DNA from: a virus
Taxonomy: Duplodnaviria > Caudoviricetes
IMG/VR virus record: IMGVR_UViG_3300037067_022020
Location: 89,061-153,060 of that record
DNA length: 64,000 bases
Strand: one strand, 5' to 3'
How positions within the stretch are numbered: the first letter of the stretch is position 1; the number at the start of each line of letters is the position of its first letter. The translations under genes were made by a program, and so were the position numbers. Below the pieces are notes generated by a model that searched no databases, was not told the DNA's origin, and worked only from the letters and a program-made list of their open reading frames with translations. Of the stretch, positions 46,278-57,866 are shown one piece after another.

Positions 46278-46522
46278 CAAGAAACAGTTGTAAAAATTTG
46301 TTGGTTAGTAATGTAAAAAGACTATACGTAAGTCTGAGCGATCCACGCATTGGGATTAGTGCACAGGAGTCCTATTGCAATCGTACCAGCTTTGATGTAT
46401 TGAATTTAAATTGTTATGAAGCAGGGCGCAGTAACGGACTAATAGCTGTAATAAATTAATCAATACATAAACATGAATATGTCTAACATAGTGCTAAAAA
46501 GCTCACTTCAACTGTTTCACAT

Positions 46523-46594
46523 GCTCATTTGGTGTAATGAATAGCACGGATCGCTACGGACGATTTAGTTTGGGTTTGAATCCTTAAATGAGCG
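46523..46594 (+). tRNA. tRNA-Arg(ACG)
   Basis: GATCG-CTACGGA-CGATT. Confidence 0.8.
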
Positions 46595-46599
46595 CTAAT

Positions 46600-46671
46600 G
46601 GTTCTTTAGTTAAATGGATATAACAAGAATTTTCTAAATTCTAGTTAATGGTTCGATTCCATTAAGAACTA
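46600..46671 (+). tRNA. tRNA-Arg(TCT)
   Basis: AGAAT-TTTCTAA-ATTCT. Confidence 0.85.
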
Positions 46672-46679
46672 CAATAATT

Positions 46680-46750
46680 GGCATTGTGGCCGAGTGGTTA
46701 GGCAAAGGTCTGCAAAACCTATTACATCTGTTCGAATCAGATCAATGTCT
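46680..46750 (+). tRNA. tRNA-Cys(GCA)
   Basis: AGGT-CTGCAAA-ACCT; U73. Confidence 0.9.
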
Positions 46751-46761
46751 CAAAAAATATT

Positions 46762-48382
46762 TTTGATTTATTCAGAAAATTTTATTAATTTTATATCATA
46801 ATTAAAATTAAGCAACATGAGTAAACATAACAAAGAATATTTCGACGCTTTCAGAAAGGAAGTTGAATCTGCTGTTGCAAATATTGCAAAACGTAGAAAT
46901 CTCAAGATCACTGCAGGGAATATAACCCTCGAAAATGAAAGAAACTTCAAACTCACACTTCAAATAAAAGAAGGTGATTCTAAAGCAGCTGAAGCTATGG
47001 AACGAAGTAAATGGGATCTCGATTGTAAAAGATATGGATTAGATCCTGAAGATTTTGGAAAAACATTCATATATCATGGTGCAACTTATCGAGTAACAGG
47101 AATTAAACCTTTCGCAAAATGTCCGATCTTGACAGATAGTGACATTCAATTCTCACCTGAATTATTCCTCCGTCTTGTTCGAGAAATGAAATCATAAATA
47201 ATATTTCAATCATCAAATATTTTAACAAATCTAAAGTTATGAGCCAAAGTGAATTTCCAAAAATTAAAATAATCGATAATCTACATAAAGGTGATATCGG
47301 ATTATGGTATGATGTTCAAGCATATGTAAATGGTCATCTAATTCATCATGTTTGCGATTATGATAAATGTAATTCATTTGAAGAAGCGATTAAGTTTTAT
47401 TTTAAAACATTTTACAAAAAATCGGATCATGTATTACTAATAACACATCATAAATTCAGTGCATTTTATTTAAAACAAATTTGTTTAGCGGCTTAAATAA
47501 AATTGAATCAAAATGAGAATGTGGAAAGTCGACCCGAAAATTCTTTGCAATAAGCATTTACTCGGAATGCATGTAGAAATGCATATGTTTTTGGGAACTC
47601 TACAAAAGAAAAAATCAATAACAGGATATATAAAAAATGATCTTTTCGAACCATTAAAATTAAAAGAATTTCATGATGCTATTGCCAATGAAATGATTCA
47701 GAGAAATATGAACCATAAAACTCCATTAGATTATAACAATAAGATTTTCAATTATTTAACCGAAGAAGAATTGCATCATTCAATTAACGGTAAAAAATCA
47801 CTAAAAGAGTTAAATAGAAGATGTAATAACTGTTTAAAAAATCAATAATATTTTTGATTTATTCGGAAAATTTTATTAATTTTATATCATAATCAAAATT
47901 TTGCAACATTTAATAAATAATAACATGAGAATTAAAGAAATTACTTCGCAAAATCGTTGGGACTTTCAGGCAATTTATGAATGTGAACATTGTGGATTTA
48001 CTGAAAGAGATTATGGATATGATGACACTTATTTCCATCAGACAGTAATTCCAAATAAAGTTTGTACACACTGCGGTAAAAAAGCTGGAGAAAATTATCG
48101 TCCTTTAGCAACAAAATATCCTGATTGGGTAGAATTTTAACATAAAAAAATTAATCATCATGGAAATATCAGATATTCAAATGTTAGAAAATGGCAAAAT
48201 TGAAATAACATTTTGTTCTTTGGAAGATTCAGAAGATATTATCTCAATTAAATTAGATAGAAACGCAATGTGGGATATAGCGAAATTCTGTCATAATAAA
48301 TTAAGTTATAGAACAGATTTAATTAAAATCTAAAAAATAAAACAAATATTTTTGATTTATTCAGAAAATTTTATTAATTTTA
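46762..48382 (+). promoter_or_regulatory. Three near-identical class 1 promoters (46762-46793, 47853-47884, 48351-48382)
   Basis: ATATTTTTGATTTATTC(A/G)GAAAATTTTATTAATTTTATA repeated. Confidence 0.75.
47513..47848 (+). CDS. Pyrimidine-dimer DNA glycosylase/endonuclease V-like protein
   Basis: MRMW..P..LC.KHLLG.H.E.H..EM..R..NH.TP. Confidence 0.6.
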   Translation: MRMWKVDPKILCNKHLLGMHVEMHMFLGTLQKKKSITGYIKNDLFEPLKLKEFHDAIANEMIQRNMNHKTPLDYNNKIFNYLTEEELHHSINGKKSLKELNRRCNNCLKNQ

Positions 48383-48674
48383 TAGTGTAAATTTAAAAGT
48401 AAAAAATTATGAAAATAGAATTTAGAATTAAAAAGCATTCGTTTACGTTTGCTAAAGATTTTTATGTTGCAGAATATAAAATATCTTTTATGCCATGGCT
48501 GAAAATTAATACAAAAAATAATGGACGTTTTTTCTGTAGTCATTTATGTTGGTGTGATACAAAAGAAGAAGCAGAAGATAGAATTAATACTCTTAAAAAA
48601 AATATAGAAAGAGTTAAAGAATGGTGGTATCGAAAAATCGAAATAATATAATAAATTCTTTTTATTAAAGTTAT

Positions 48675-49313
48675 ATGAAGTCTAAAATTGCTGAAGAAAA
48701 AATCCTAATCCCCCGACGTACTCCAGAAGAACGACGGAAAAATTTCATCAAAGCGACACAACAGAAGATTCAACAATACATCAAAAATGGCAGCAACGGA
48801 GATCTTGACCTCCGCAACACACCAATAACATCACTTCCCGACAATCTAACAAGAGTCGGCGGGAGTCTGAATCTCGGCAACACCAAAATAACATCACTTC
48901 CAGATAACTTAACAGTCGGCGGATGGCTGGATCTCTACAACACACCAATAACATCACTTCCCGACAATCTAACAAGAGTCGGCGGGAGTCTGAATCTCGG
49001 CAACACCAAAATAACATCACTTCCAGATAACTTAACAGTCGGCGGGAGTCTGAATCTCGGCAACACCAAAATAACATCACTTCCAGATAACTTAACAGTC
49101 GGCGGATGGCTGGATCTCACCAACACACCAATAACAAAACTACCAGATAACTTGACAGTCGGCGGATGGTTGTATATCAACAACACTCCAATAACATCTC
49201 TACCAGATAACTTAAAAGTCGGCGGAAGTTTGTATCTCCGCAACACCAAAATAACATCAATCCCAACCTCAGAAAAAATAAAAGGTGAAATATATAGACT
49301 TAAAAAAATATGA
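48675..49313 (+). CDS. Stand-alone LRR-like cassette protein (8 units)
   Basis: Same caps and repeats as 62535..63842. Confidence 0.8.
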   Translation: MKSKIAEEKILIPRRTPEERRKNFIKATQQKIQQYIKNGSNGDLDLRNTPITSLPDNLTRVGGSLNLGNTKITSLPDNLTVGGWLDLYNTPITSLPDNLTRVGGSLNLGNTKITSLPDNLTVGGSLNLGNTKITSLPDNLTVGGWLDLTNTPITKLPDNLTVGGWLYINNTPITSLPDNLKVGGSLYLRNTKITSIPTSEKIKGEIYRLKKI

Positions 49314-49365
49314 ATATTATTTTATTACTTATCAAAAATGTATATTAACAGTAAAAACAAAAAAA

Positions 49366-49902
49366 ATGAAAAACATTCGAATCGGAACTGGATTATTCTT
49401 AATTATAGGAGTAATCTTTGCTAGTTGGACAATAGGTATTAACAATACTGAAATCAGGACTCGAAATCAAGGTAAAGCGCAACAAGAAGCATGCGCTGCT
49501 TATTTTGATAAAATGTGGAAAGTATTACAACAAGAAGCACAAGTTGCAGATCAATACAAAGAAGCATTTAAAGAAATTTATCCAGGTCTTATTGCTGGTA
49601 GATATTCTGGAAAAAATGATGGATCTTTAATGAAATGGGTTACAGAGCATAATCCTCAATTTGATGTTAAATTATATGACAAGCTTATGACAGCCGTTGA
49701 AGGTCAGCGGGAAGGTTTTTTTGTTGAACAACAAAAACTTATTGATATTGATCGAGAACATAAAAATATGCGACAAACATTTCCAAATAGTATTATTATT
49801 GGAAACCGGGCAGATTTAAATATTGTAATCGTAAAATCACTTAAAACTGATGAGGTATATAAATCAAAGCAGGAAAATGGTGTCGATCTGTTTAAAAAAT
49901 AA
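49366..49902 (+). CDS. Membrane-anchored LemA-like protein
   Basis: N-terminal TM; helical body ending TFP. Confidence 0.45.
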   Translation: MKNIRIGTGLFLIIGVIFASWTIGINNTEIRTRNQGKAQQEACAAYFDKMWKVLQQEAQVADQYKEAFKEIYPGLIAGRYSGKNDGSLMKWVTEHNPQFDVKLYDKLMTAVEGQREGFFVEQQKLIDIDREHKNMRQTFPNSIIIGNRADLNIVIVKSLKTDEVYKSKQENGVDLFKK

Positions 49903-50136
49903 TTTTATAATTCATAATAAAAAAATAACATTAAATGAAATCAATTATAAAACCTTGCACCGGATATAAAGAAATCGATGTTATTAATGGTGGAATAAAA
50001 TCATTTGTATCACACGAAAAGATTCTTAATTTTTTAAAAAAAGAATGTCGGATTAAAGAGGATGAAGAAATTATTGGGTTTCTTGTCAATGAAGATGGAA
50101 TCTATATATCGTTTAAAACCATAAAATAATAAAGTT

Positions 50137-51459
50137 ATGGACTATTATCTTGCTCTATTAATCCCCATTATTGTAACAGTAATTTTTTATTTTTTTCGTA
50201 AAAATAAGTTTACTTGGTGGGAATTTTTTATTCCTATTGCAGTAATTGCTATTACAATTTTAATATCAAAACTAATTATTGATACTACATCAGTTACTTT
50301 TACAGAGTATTGGGGGTCAACAATAACTGCAGTTTATGAAGAAGAACCATATAATTATTGGCATCAAGAAACTTGTTCATATACTACTTGTACAGGAACT
50401 GGAAAAACTCAAGTTTGCATAACTCATTATTATGATTGTTCACACCAAGATGATGTTGGGCCATCTTGGAAAGCAGTTACAAACATCGGCGAAGAATTTA
50501 GCATAAGTGAAAGAGTATATGATCAATTAATAAAACAATTTAAAACAAAAAGAGTTATTATTAAGTTAAGATCAAATCATGATCCCGATGATTATTGCGT
50601 TAGTAGTAAAAAAACTAAATTTGCAGGTAAAAAAGTAGGTAACATATCATATGTATATGAAACTAGATGGAATGGAAATGATGAAACTAGAAAAGCATAT
50701 ACTAGTAAACATCATTATAAGAATAAAATAAAAGCAACTGATTTATCAATTTTTAACATATCAATTGTAAATGAAAAGCAAGCAGATAGTTTGGGATTAT
50801 TTCGATATCCAGAATATAATGATGACGGTCTCGAATATCCGACTATTTTAGGAAAAAATATTTCATCAATTACTCAAGAAAAATTTAAAAGATTAAACGG
50901 AAAATTCGGGATAAGTAATGAATTAAGATTATGGATATTGATATTTGAAAACAAACCATTGACAATAGCCCGACAACAAGAAAACTTCTGGGTTAAGGGA
51001 AATATGAACGAATTTGTTCTTTGTATTGGAAAAAAAGGAAATCAAATTCAATGGGCTCATACATTTTCCTGGGCATTATCTAATGAATTAACAATCGATA
51101 TACGTAATAAAGTAATGAACTTATATCAATTTAAAGATACTATAATTAAAATTCAGCAACCACCAGTTATTTCAAAATTAACTAAAAAAGTAAGAAGATT
51201 AAATGTATCTACTGAAATAAAGGATTCAACTATAAGAATAAAATTTCCATCATATCCAGTTTTAAATGAAATAACTTGGGATGAATTGTATAAATTTTTA
51301 AATAAAAATCTTAATAAATACAAGAGACGCGATTTTAAAGAATTCGACTATCTTACAGTCGAACCACCAACATGGGCAATTATTATCATTTACGTAATTG
51401 CAATTATTATTTCAGTCGGAATTAATTTATGGATTATTAAAAATAATTTTGAAGATTAA
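50137..51459 (+). CDS. Membrane protein (2 N-terminal and 1 C-terminal TM, Cys-containing loop)
   Basis: Hydrophobic segments; CSYTTCTGTGKTQVC. Confidence 0.6.
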   Translation: MDYYLALLIPIIVTVIFYFFRKNKFTWWEFFIPIAVIAITILISKLIIDTTSVTFTEYWGSTITAVYEEEPYNYWHQETCSYTTCTGTGKTQVCITHYYDCSHQDDVGPSWKAVTNIGEEFSISERVYDQLIKQFKTKRVIIKLRSNHDPDDYCVSSKKTKFAGKKVGNISYVYETRWNGNDETRKAYTSKHHYKNKIKATDLSIFNISIVNEKQADSLGLFRYPEYNDDGLEYPTILGKNISSITQEKFKRLNGKFGISNELRLWILIFENKPLTIARQQENFWVKGNMNEFVLCIGKKGNQIQWAHTFSWALSNELTIDIRNKVMNLYQFKDTIIKIQQPPVISKLTKKVRRLNVSTEIKDSTIRIKFPSYPVLNEITWDELYKFLNKNLNKYKRRDFKEFDYLTVEPPTWAIIIIYVIAIIISVGINLWIIKNNFED

Positions 51460-51461
51460 AT

Positions 51462-54057
51462 ATGAAAACACTACAAGGAAAACTAGAGTTTATTTCTTTA
51501 TGGCATCCAATTAAACTTGAAACCGATAAAGAGTCTATTAATTTACAAGACTATTTATTTCCAATTTTTGAAAAAATAAATGGTAAAAAGGCAAAAATGA
51601 ATTATAATAACAGATCTATTTTTATTAGTGCTGATGAAACATCCGAAAATATTTTATCATTTGAATATAATAAACTAGAAGATACTATATCGTTTTTACT
51701 AAATAGACCTGATGGATTTACCAACCTTAATGCTTATTTATCTAATGTTCTTCGGCATATAAATGGGCAATTTATCAATGTCGCTCTTAATGAAGACAAT
51801 GTATTAATTGAAAGTGACAAAAATCAAACAGTATATGGATTATATTATACAAAAAATAATAGTTGTAAAATTCCAGATGAAGATGTAAAAAACATATGTA
51901 ATCCAGGAACAACTCATTGCTGTATTTTTCTAACCGCTTCAGACGAGTTTTATTGCGAAAAATTTAATTCACCTATATCAAGAAATCGTTTGAATAAATA
52001 TAATGATGGGTTGACGAACGCTACTAGAATTGGAAATTGTGAATTACTTGGAAGAAAAGAAATTTTTAAAAATAAATTAAATGATCATTAACAACGAAAA
52101 AGCATTTCCAATTTATTCATTCTCTGTAAAATGGAGTGTAGATGGTATTCAAGATTCCAAATATCCAAATCGATATAAAGATTTGCCTGATGGAAGAGTT
52201 TGGAATTCAACTAATTTTGATAGTATGTTTAAAACAAAGAAAACTAAACAACAATTGAATAATTATTTTAATAACTGGTGGGATAAATATAAGCTAAAAT
52301 TTCAAAATGTTTCTGATCTTTCGGTTACTATAAAATTTAAAGAATATGAAGTTTGGCTAATAGAATGGTTTTCTCATCTAACCTTTGATATTGGTAAATC
52401 TAATAATGAAATTCTAAAAAGCTTTCAAAATTTTATTGATAGAAAAATAAAAATAAATTATGAAAATGGCCATTATGGTACTGAATATAATAAGGATTCA
52501 AAACTCCCATATTATTGTTTAATGGGCGCGGAAGATCGTTGGAGATGGCATGCTGCCAATGAAAATGGAGAAAGCGGCGATCCTGAGAACAATCTGCCTC
52601 CATGTAGATGTAAATTTTGTAAAGAACAAGGAGTAGTTAGAATTGGACATTAAACTGACAAAGAGTTTTGAAACCAAATTATTGAAAAAAACTATGTTAA
52701 AACAAATTAAATGTAAACCAGGTGATTTAGATAATATAAAAGAACTTTTCGATAATTTTTTATATTTTACAATTGGAGAAAGAGGAAAAGCACAATATCA
52801 TTACCTGTATTTAGCTAACCATAGTTGTGGTATTTATTACGCCGTTAGGGTAAATGAAGAAGGATTTCTAGAAGGTAGAAGAGCTATTGAACCATCCCAA
52901 ATAATAATCTGTCATGGAGAAGTTAATATATAATTTAAAAAAAATATAATTATTATGGCAGACAATATAATTACACCCTCAAAAAAAACTTTAGAAGAAT
53001 GGGAAAAAGTTGAACCTAATTGTTATATTCTGTTTGAGTTTGATCCAAATTGTCATACCGCTTATGAGTTATCAATAAAAATTATGAATTGTTGTAATGA
53101 TAGTATTGAGAAAGTTAATGTATTAACAGATACAGACGGAATAGAAATTATATTACGTAAACCAAATATTATTGATATATTAGATATTATTCATAAGAAA
53201 GAAAAAATAATGGAGTATCAGATAATAGCGAAAAAAATATAATTATGGAAACAAAAACATGTGAAAATTGTAAGTTTGGTAGACTCCCATATGGTTCAGA
53301 ACCATGCTATACAAAATGTACTGGGAATAAATCTGCTTGGGAAGAATATAAAAGAGACCCAATTATTTTTCCATCTGAGGCAGAGATAAAAAATGCTCAT
53401 AAACTTATAGATGACCCAACAAATAAACGAATGTTTGAAGCTGGTTGTCAATTTGTTATTTCTAGAATTAACAATCTTAATAATGAAAAAAGTTAAATTA
53501 TGAAAAAAGAACATGAAATCATAATGGAAGAACTTTCTAAATATCTTGATGCTTATCCACAGCTCAGATTTTGCCAAGCCTTATTTAATTTGGATATAAT
53601 TGGGTTCCCCGAGAACCCCAATATACCAGATTTGAGGGTAGTCCGGCAGCCAGCCAGGCTACGAGATACTTTTTATGATGAGGATATAGATGTCTTAAAT
53701 AGACTTGATAAAAGACTAAAAGAATTAAAAAAAGTATAGAATGCATAAAGAATTAAAACAGAAAAAATCTGATCTTATTGAGGAATCATTATCAAAAGGA
53801 TATAGTCCAAATGATATTAAGAGAAATCTTTCGATGAGTATATACAACAGTACGGATTTTAAAATCTAATTTATATGGAACATCTTGTTTTTATTCTTTG
53901 GATATGCCTTTGGCCACTCACATTAACTCTTTGTGAATATATTGATCTTAAAAGAGATATGCTACTTGGAAAACAACATAAAGAGAGAAAAATTGATTTT
54001 GGAGTTATTTGGTGGATTGGGGTTATTTGGATTATAGTTGCTGGTTTAGTGTATTAA
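51462..54057 (+). other. Hypothetical ORFs at end of plus arm
   Basis: ORF track. Confidence 0.55.
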
Positions 54058-54073
54058 TTTAAATATTTTAAAT

Positions 54074-56062
54074 TTAAGTTTGAATAATTAACTCCTGTTT
54101 ATCTATTTTTCCAAAATGTGATTTACGTGAATGAATACTTCCCCAAATACTATTTGTTAAATTTAACTGATTATACAACTTTTCTGGTAAAATAATATAT
54201 CCATTTTTTAATAATAAAATCTTTGAAACAAATATTTTCGCCCATTGTTCAAATGATTCATAATTCATATTATTACTATATTGTTCAACATCAAAATAAG
54301 GAATACTAGTAAATGCAATATCATATTTAATAGATGATAAATCAAATTCCTCTATTTTACAATTATAAATATGACAATTAGTAAAATTAGCATCTTTAAT
54401 TAACTGCAACAATTCTTTATAAGTATCTTTATTCGGCTCACATCCAATATAAGTCCCATTAGGATATTTACTTTTAAATCCTAATAATCTCCCACCAAAC
54501 CCGCAACATGGATCAAACACAACTGGTGTTGGGCTGTCTCCAAGAAGCTTATAATATATAGAACTTGCTAATAATGGTTTGAAAAACGAAATAATAATAC
54601 GTCTAGCTGATAATCCCCTAACTAAATTAGCCAAACTAAAATCAAATGTTTCATTAGAATTATTTAATCCAATCCTATATTTAATCACATCATACATTAT
54701 CTTATCGTCTTTCCATGCTTCTACAGGAGTTTTATTCCCATTGAAATTACTATTCCAGAATGAGTTAAAATGAGATTTAAGATAGTTATTACCCATCGTA
54801 GAACCATTATTACTAAATTTTGTATCATCAATAATCATTTTAGATAAATCATAATTATGAATTTTCGATATAACTTCTTTAAGATTTTCTTTACAAGGAA
54901 GTTTAGGGAGTTCTGGTTGGAACGTTTTGATGAATTTACGGAGTAGGGGAATGTATTTAGCTAATTTTTTTTCACCATGTTTTTGTTTATAATTATTAAA
55001 ATATTTTGCTAAGATTATTTTTTGATTATAATCAATAGAATAATCAGGAATATATGAATGAGATTTTAATGAATTAACTGTAACTATTTCGGGGATATTT
55101 GAAATATGTATTTTCCATAAATTATATCCTGCTTGTAATGCGTCTTTCATTTTTACAAAATCATTTACCACACTATTTATTGGAATAAAAGATAAATTAA
55201 TTAATTTACTCGGATGATGAAAATCACAATCAATTTCAAAAATATCATTTCCTTTAATCATATCGAATTCTCGATGATTAATAAAAAATTTATGTTCGGC
55301 GCCGATAATCCTACAAATTTCTTTTTCTATTAATGATGTTTTCTTATTATGCTCTTTTCTAAAAGCAGGATCCAGTAAATTTGAGGTATACCCACAATGT
55401 ATTAAATTTGTTTGCTTTATTTTTTCTTTAGTACTTTCAAGTTGAGATGGATATTCAACACCATACTTTTCTAAATTAGATTTTTTTATTTTTTTCTTAC
55501 CTATTTCAGAAGCAGTGTATGAATTTGCTCCATATTTTAATTGATTTGTTTCTTTAATCTTTTCTATATTTTGATATTTTTCATCTCCATATCTTTCTAA
55601 TTTAGTTTGTTTGTTTTTATCCATATTATTATATGTTGGATTGTTATATCTCTCTAATTTAGATTGAGCGATTTTATCTCTACATTGTTTTAATTCCATT
55701 GGATTTTTGACTCCATATTTTTTCATCATCGATTTTTCAAGGGAATCATGAATTTGTCTCTTAGTTTCTTCAGTATGAGGATGTCGTGGAAAATGATTAG
55801 TAGTATAATTTTTAAAAAATCCAATGGAATGACAAGAAAAATTTAATTTAGTCCCACATCCACATTTACATGTCGGGTATTCTTTATTAAAATAATATTG
55901 AATTATATATTGTTCAAATAAAAGTTTATGAACTATTTTTAAATGCTTATTTCGTTCATTTACCGTATCACATTGAAAACCACATATTTTGCATTTAAAT
56001 AATTCATCATGTAATGTTTCGGCTGTTCCACAATAACCAGGTTTAAATTTCATAATTTTCAA
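54074..56062 (-). CDS. Zn-finger/KYG-repeat/nuclease-like N-terminus fused to amino-DNA methyltransferase
   Basis: CKIC..H..H, CKCGC, KYGV repeats; FDPCCGFGGRL (motif I), TSIPYF (motif IV). Confidence 0.7.
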   Translation of the reverse strand: MKIMKFKPGYCGTAETLHDELFKCKICGFQCDTVNERNKHLKIVHKLLFEQYIIQYYFNKEYPTCKCGCGTKLNFSCHSIGFFKNYTTNHFPRHPHTEETKRQIHDSLEKSMMKKYGVKNPMELKQCRDKIAQSKLERYNNPTYNNMDKNKQTKLERYGDEKYQNIEKIKETNQLKYGANSYTASEIGKKKIKKSNLEKYGVEYPSQLESTKEKIKQTNLIHCGYTSNLLDPAFRKEHNKKTSLIEKEICRIIGAEHKFFINHREFDMIKGNDIFEIDCDFHHPSKLINLSFIPINSVVNDFVKMKDALQAGYNLWKIHISNIPEIVTVNSLKSHSYIPDYSIDYNQKIILAKYFNNYKQKHGEKKLAKYIPLLRKFIKTFQPELPKLPCKENLKEVISKIHNYDLSKMIIDDTKFSNNGSTMGNNYLKSHFNSFWNSNFNGNKTPVEAWKDDKIMYDVIKYRIGLNNSNETFDFSLANLVRGLSARRIIISFFKPLLASSIYYKLLGDSPTPVVFDPCCGFGGRLLGFKSKYPNGTYIGCEPNKDTYKELLQLIKDANFTNCHIYNCKIEEFDLSSIKYDIAFTSIPYFDVEQYSNNMNYESFEQWAKIFVSKILLLKNGYIILPEKLYNQLNLTNSIWGSIHSRKSHFGKIDKQELIIQT

Positions 56063-56146
56063 ATTAATTTTATACTAAAATATAATAATATATATTGAAG
56101 AATTCAAAAATTTAAAAAGTTTCTAAAAAATATTTTAGTAACTATA

Positions 56147-56179
56147 CAAAAAAATAGATCGCCAAATTGGCGATCTATT
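56147..56179 (-). terminator. Terminator of capsid operon
   Basis: AATAGATCGCCA-AAT-TGGCGATCTATT with T tract on minus strand. Confidence 0.8.
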
Positions 56180-56207
56180 ATATAATCAATTAAGATTTAA
56201 TTAGTTA

Positions 56208-57824
56208 TTAGACATAATTTAGATGGGTAACAATTAGTTTCCCATAAAATTCAGGACGAAGAATTTTCTTCGCATATCTGCTCATAATGCCCTTACGAGG
56301 AGTAAGATTTGTTGGGTCATAAATCAGCGGAGTCATAATCAATGGAATATATGGTGCATAAACAGCACCCGTCTCAAGGAATTGAGTCCCCCTGAATCCC
56401 ATCAAAGCTAAATTCTCTTTCATATAAGGATTCTTGAACACGTTGAACTTATTATTAACCATACCAATTTTCTGAACACCCATTGCATATTTCATTTCCC
56501 CACCAGTTGTATCAGGTGCATAACCCGGAATTGATTCAATGATAGTAGAAATTTTTGGAGAAATAACCATGAAATTAGCTCCACCACGCAATGTTTTGGC
56601 ATGAATTTGGTTACTAATATCGGTTAATTTAACACCAATTGTTTGGAACCATGACATTTGGTTATATGCTAAGGCATATCCCTGAATGTTATCTTGAACT
56701 GCAAAGGTATTTGCGGCTGTTCTAACAGTTCCAATTTGTGCTGACCAGTAAGCTGTAGTAGCTGCGTTGACAATTAACATATCCAATAGTTCTAAGTCCA
56801 TTTCCATAGAAATGTATTCACCAAGGATTGATGTTAATTCATTTTCAGCATCTACTGAATGATAAGCTGATAAGTCTTGAGCAAATTCAGGAGTCCAAAC
56901 TGCTTTCAACTTTCTTGTTTTAGCAATGATTCCTTCTGAACGAAGACCAATATTGATTTCAGGAATATCCAAAGCATTAGTTGACAATAAGTCAGTATAT
57001 GCAGGATCTCCGGAAGCTTCAAAATCACCTCTTGTTGAAGAAGTTGGTTGCTTATGATATTTGACTGTTTGTGAACCAGTAATTCCAGAACCTGAAACTA
57101 CAAAGGTTACATAACGAGTAGAAGCACCACGAGCTGAATCTAAATTAGCTGTGTAAGCAGGATAGTAAGCATTGATTCCAGAACCTGAAATATAAAATGC
57201 ACGAATACCATTAGTATCATGATTTAAACCATTCATATCTACAGTAACGCGATACATTGTACCATCACTCATAGATGCTGAAAGATCTGAACTATAATTA
57301 ATGTCATCCCATGTTATAGAACCTGTTACACCAGTTGGAGTAGTTGTATATTCGTTAATAGAATATCCAAAACGACCAGCTCCATAAAGACCTTCAGTAG
57401 GATCAGTATTAGCTTGATTGGTAACACCCATTAAAGAATTATCTTGTAATGAAGTTCCTTCTGAAGTTTGGAATCCAGGCTGTGCGGTTGCATATTTAAA
57501 TTCAAGGAAGAATACCAGACCCGAAGGTAGGTTCATAGGTTGTACTGATACGAATTCTTTAGCTGATAATTGAGCAAAAATTCTGCGTACCAATGGAAGA
57601 GCTACACCAGACCATTCTTCTGCATTTGCGGATCCGGTTTTGCTAACTTCATCTAATAACTGACGTGCTTGGTTTTCCAGCATGACAGCCATTGAATGTT
57701 TTTCAAATTCATTTTTTAGACCATCCAAAAGACCGGTTTTTGCCCATTTGCCAACAAGTTTCGCAGATTTAGCGATTTGCTTTTGGTAAGTATCTTTTGT
57801 TTCGTCAATAAGATTGTATTTCAT
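56208..57824 (-). CDS. Major capsid protein, T4 gp23-like
   Basis: LENQ, LPLVRR, VSVQPM..PSGLVF, AKTRKLKA.WT.E.AQDL, YAPYIPL, P.KG.M.RY. Confidence 0.95.
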   Translation of the reverse strand: MKYNLIDETKDTYQKQIAKSAKLVGKWAKTGLLDGLKNEFEKHSMAVMLENQARQLLDEVSKTGSANAEEWSGVALPLVRRIFAQLSAKEFVSVQPMNLPSGLVFFLEFKYATAQPGFQTSEGTSLQDNSLMGVTNQANTDPTEGLYGAGRFGYSINEYTTTPTGVTGSITWDDINYSSDLSASMSDGTMYRVTVDMNGLNHDTNGIRAFYISGSGINAYYPAYTANLDSARGASTRYVTFVVSGSGITGSQTVKYHKQPTSSTRGDFEASGDPAYTDLLSTNALDIPEINIGLRSEGIIAKTRKLKAVWTPEFAQDLSAYHSVDAENELTSILGEYISMEMDLELLDMLIVNAATTAYWSAQIGTVRTAANTFAVQDNIQGYALAYNQMSWFQTIGVKLTDISNQIHAKTLRGGANFMVISPKISTIIESIPGYAPDTTGGEMKYAMGVQKIGMVNNKFNVFKNPYMKENLALMGFRGTQFLETGAVYAPYIPLIMTPLIYDPTNLTPRKGIMSRYAKKILRPEFYGKLIVTHLNYV

Positions 57825-57866
57825 TTTAATTTCCCCTCCTCAGGGAATTTATAGAGTTATTAATGT

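Noticed and set aside
37347-46459. ORFs 37347, 37390, 40854, 41003, 43743, 45718, 45818, 45936, 46223
   Set aside because: Overlap tRNA genes or structured RNA
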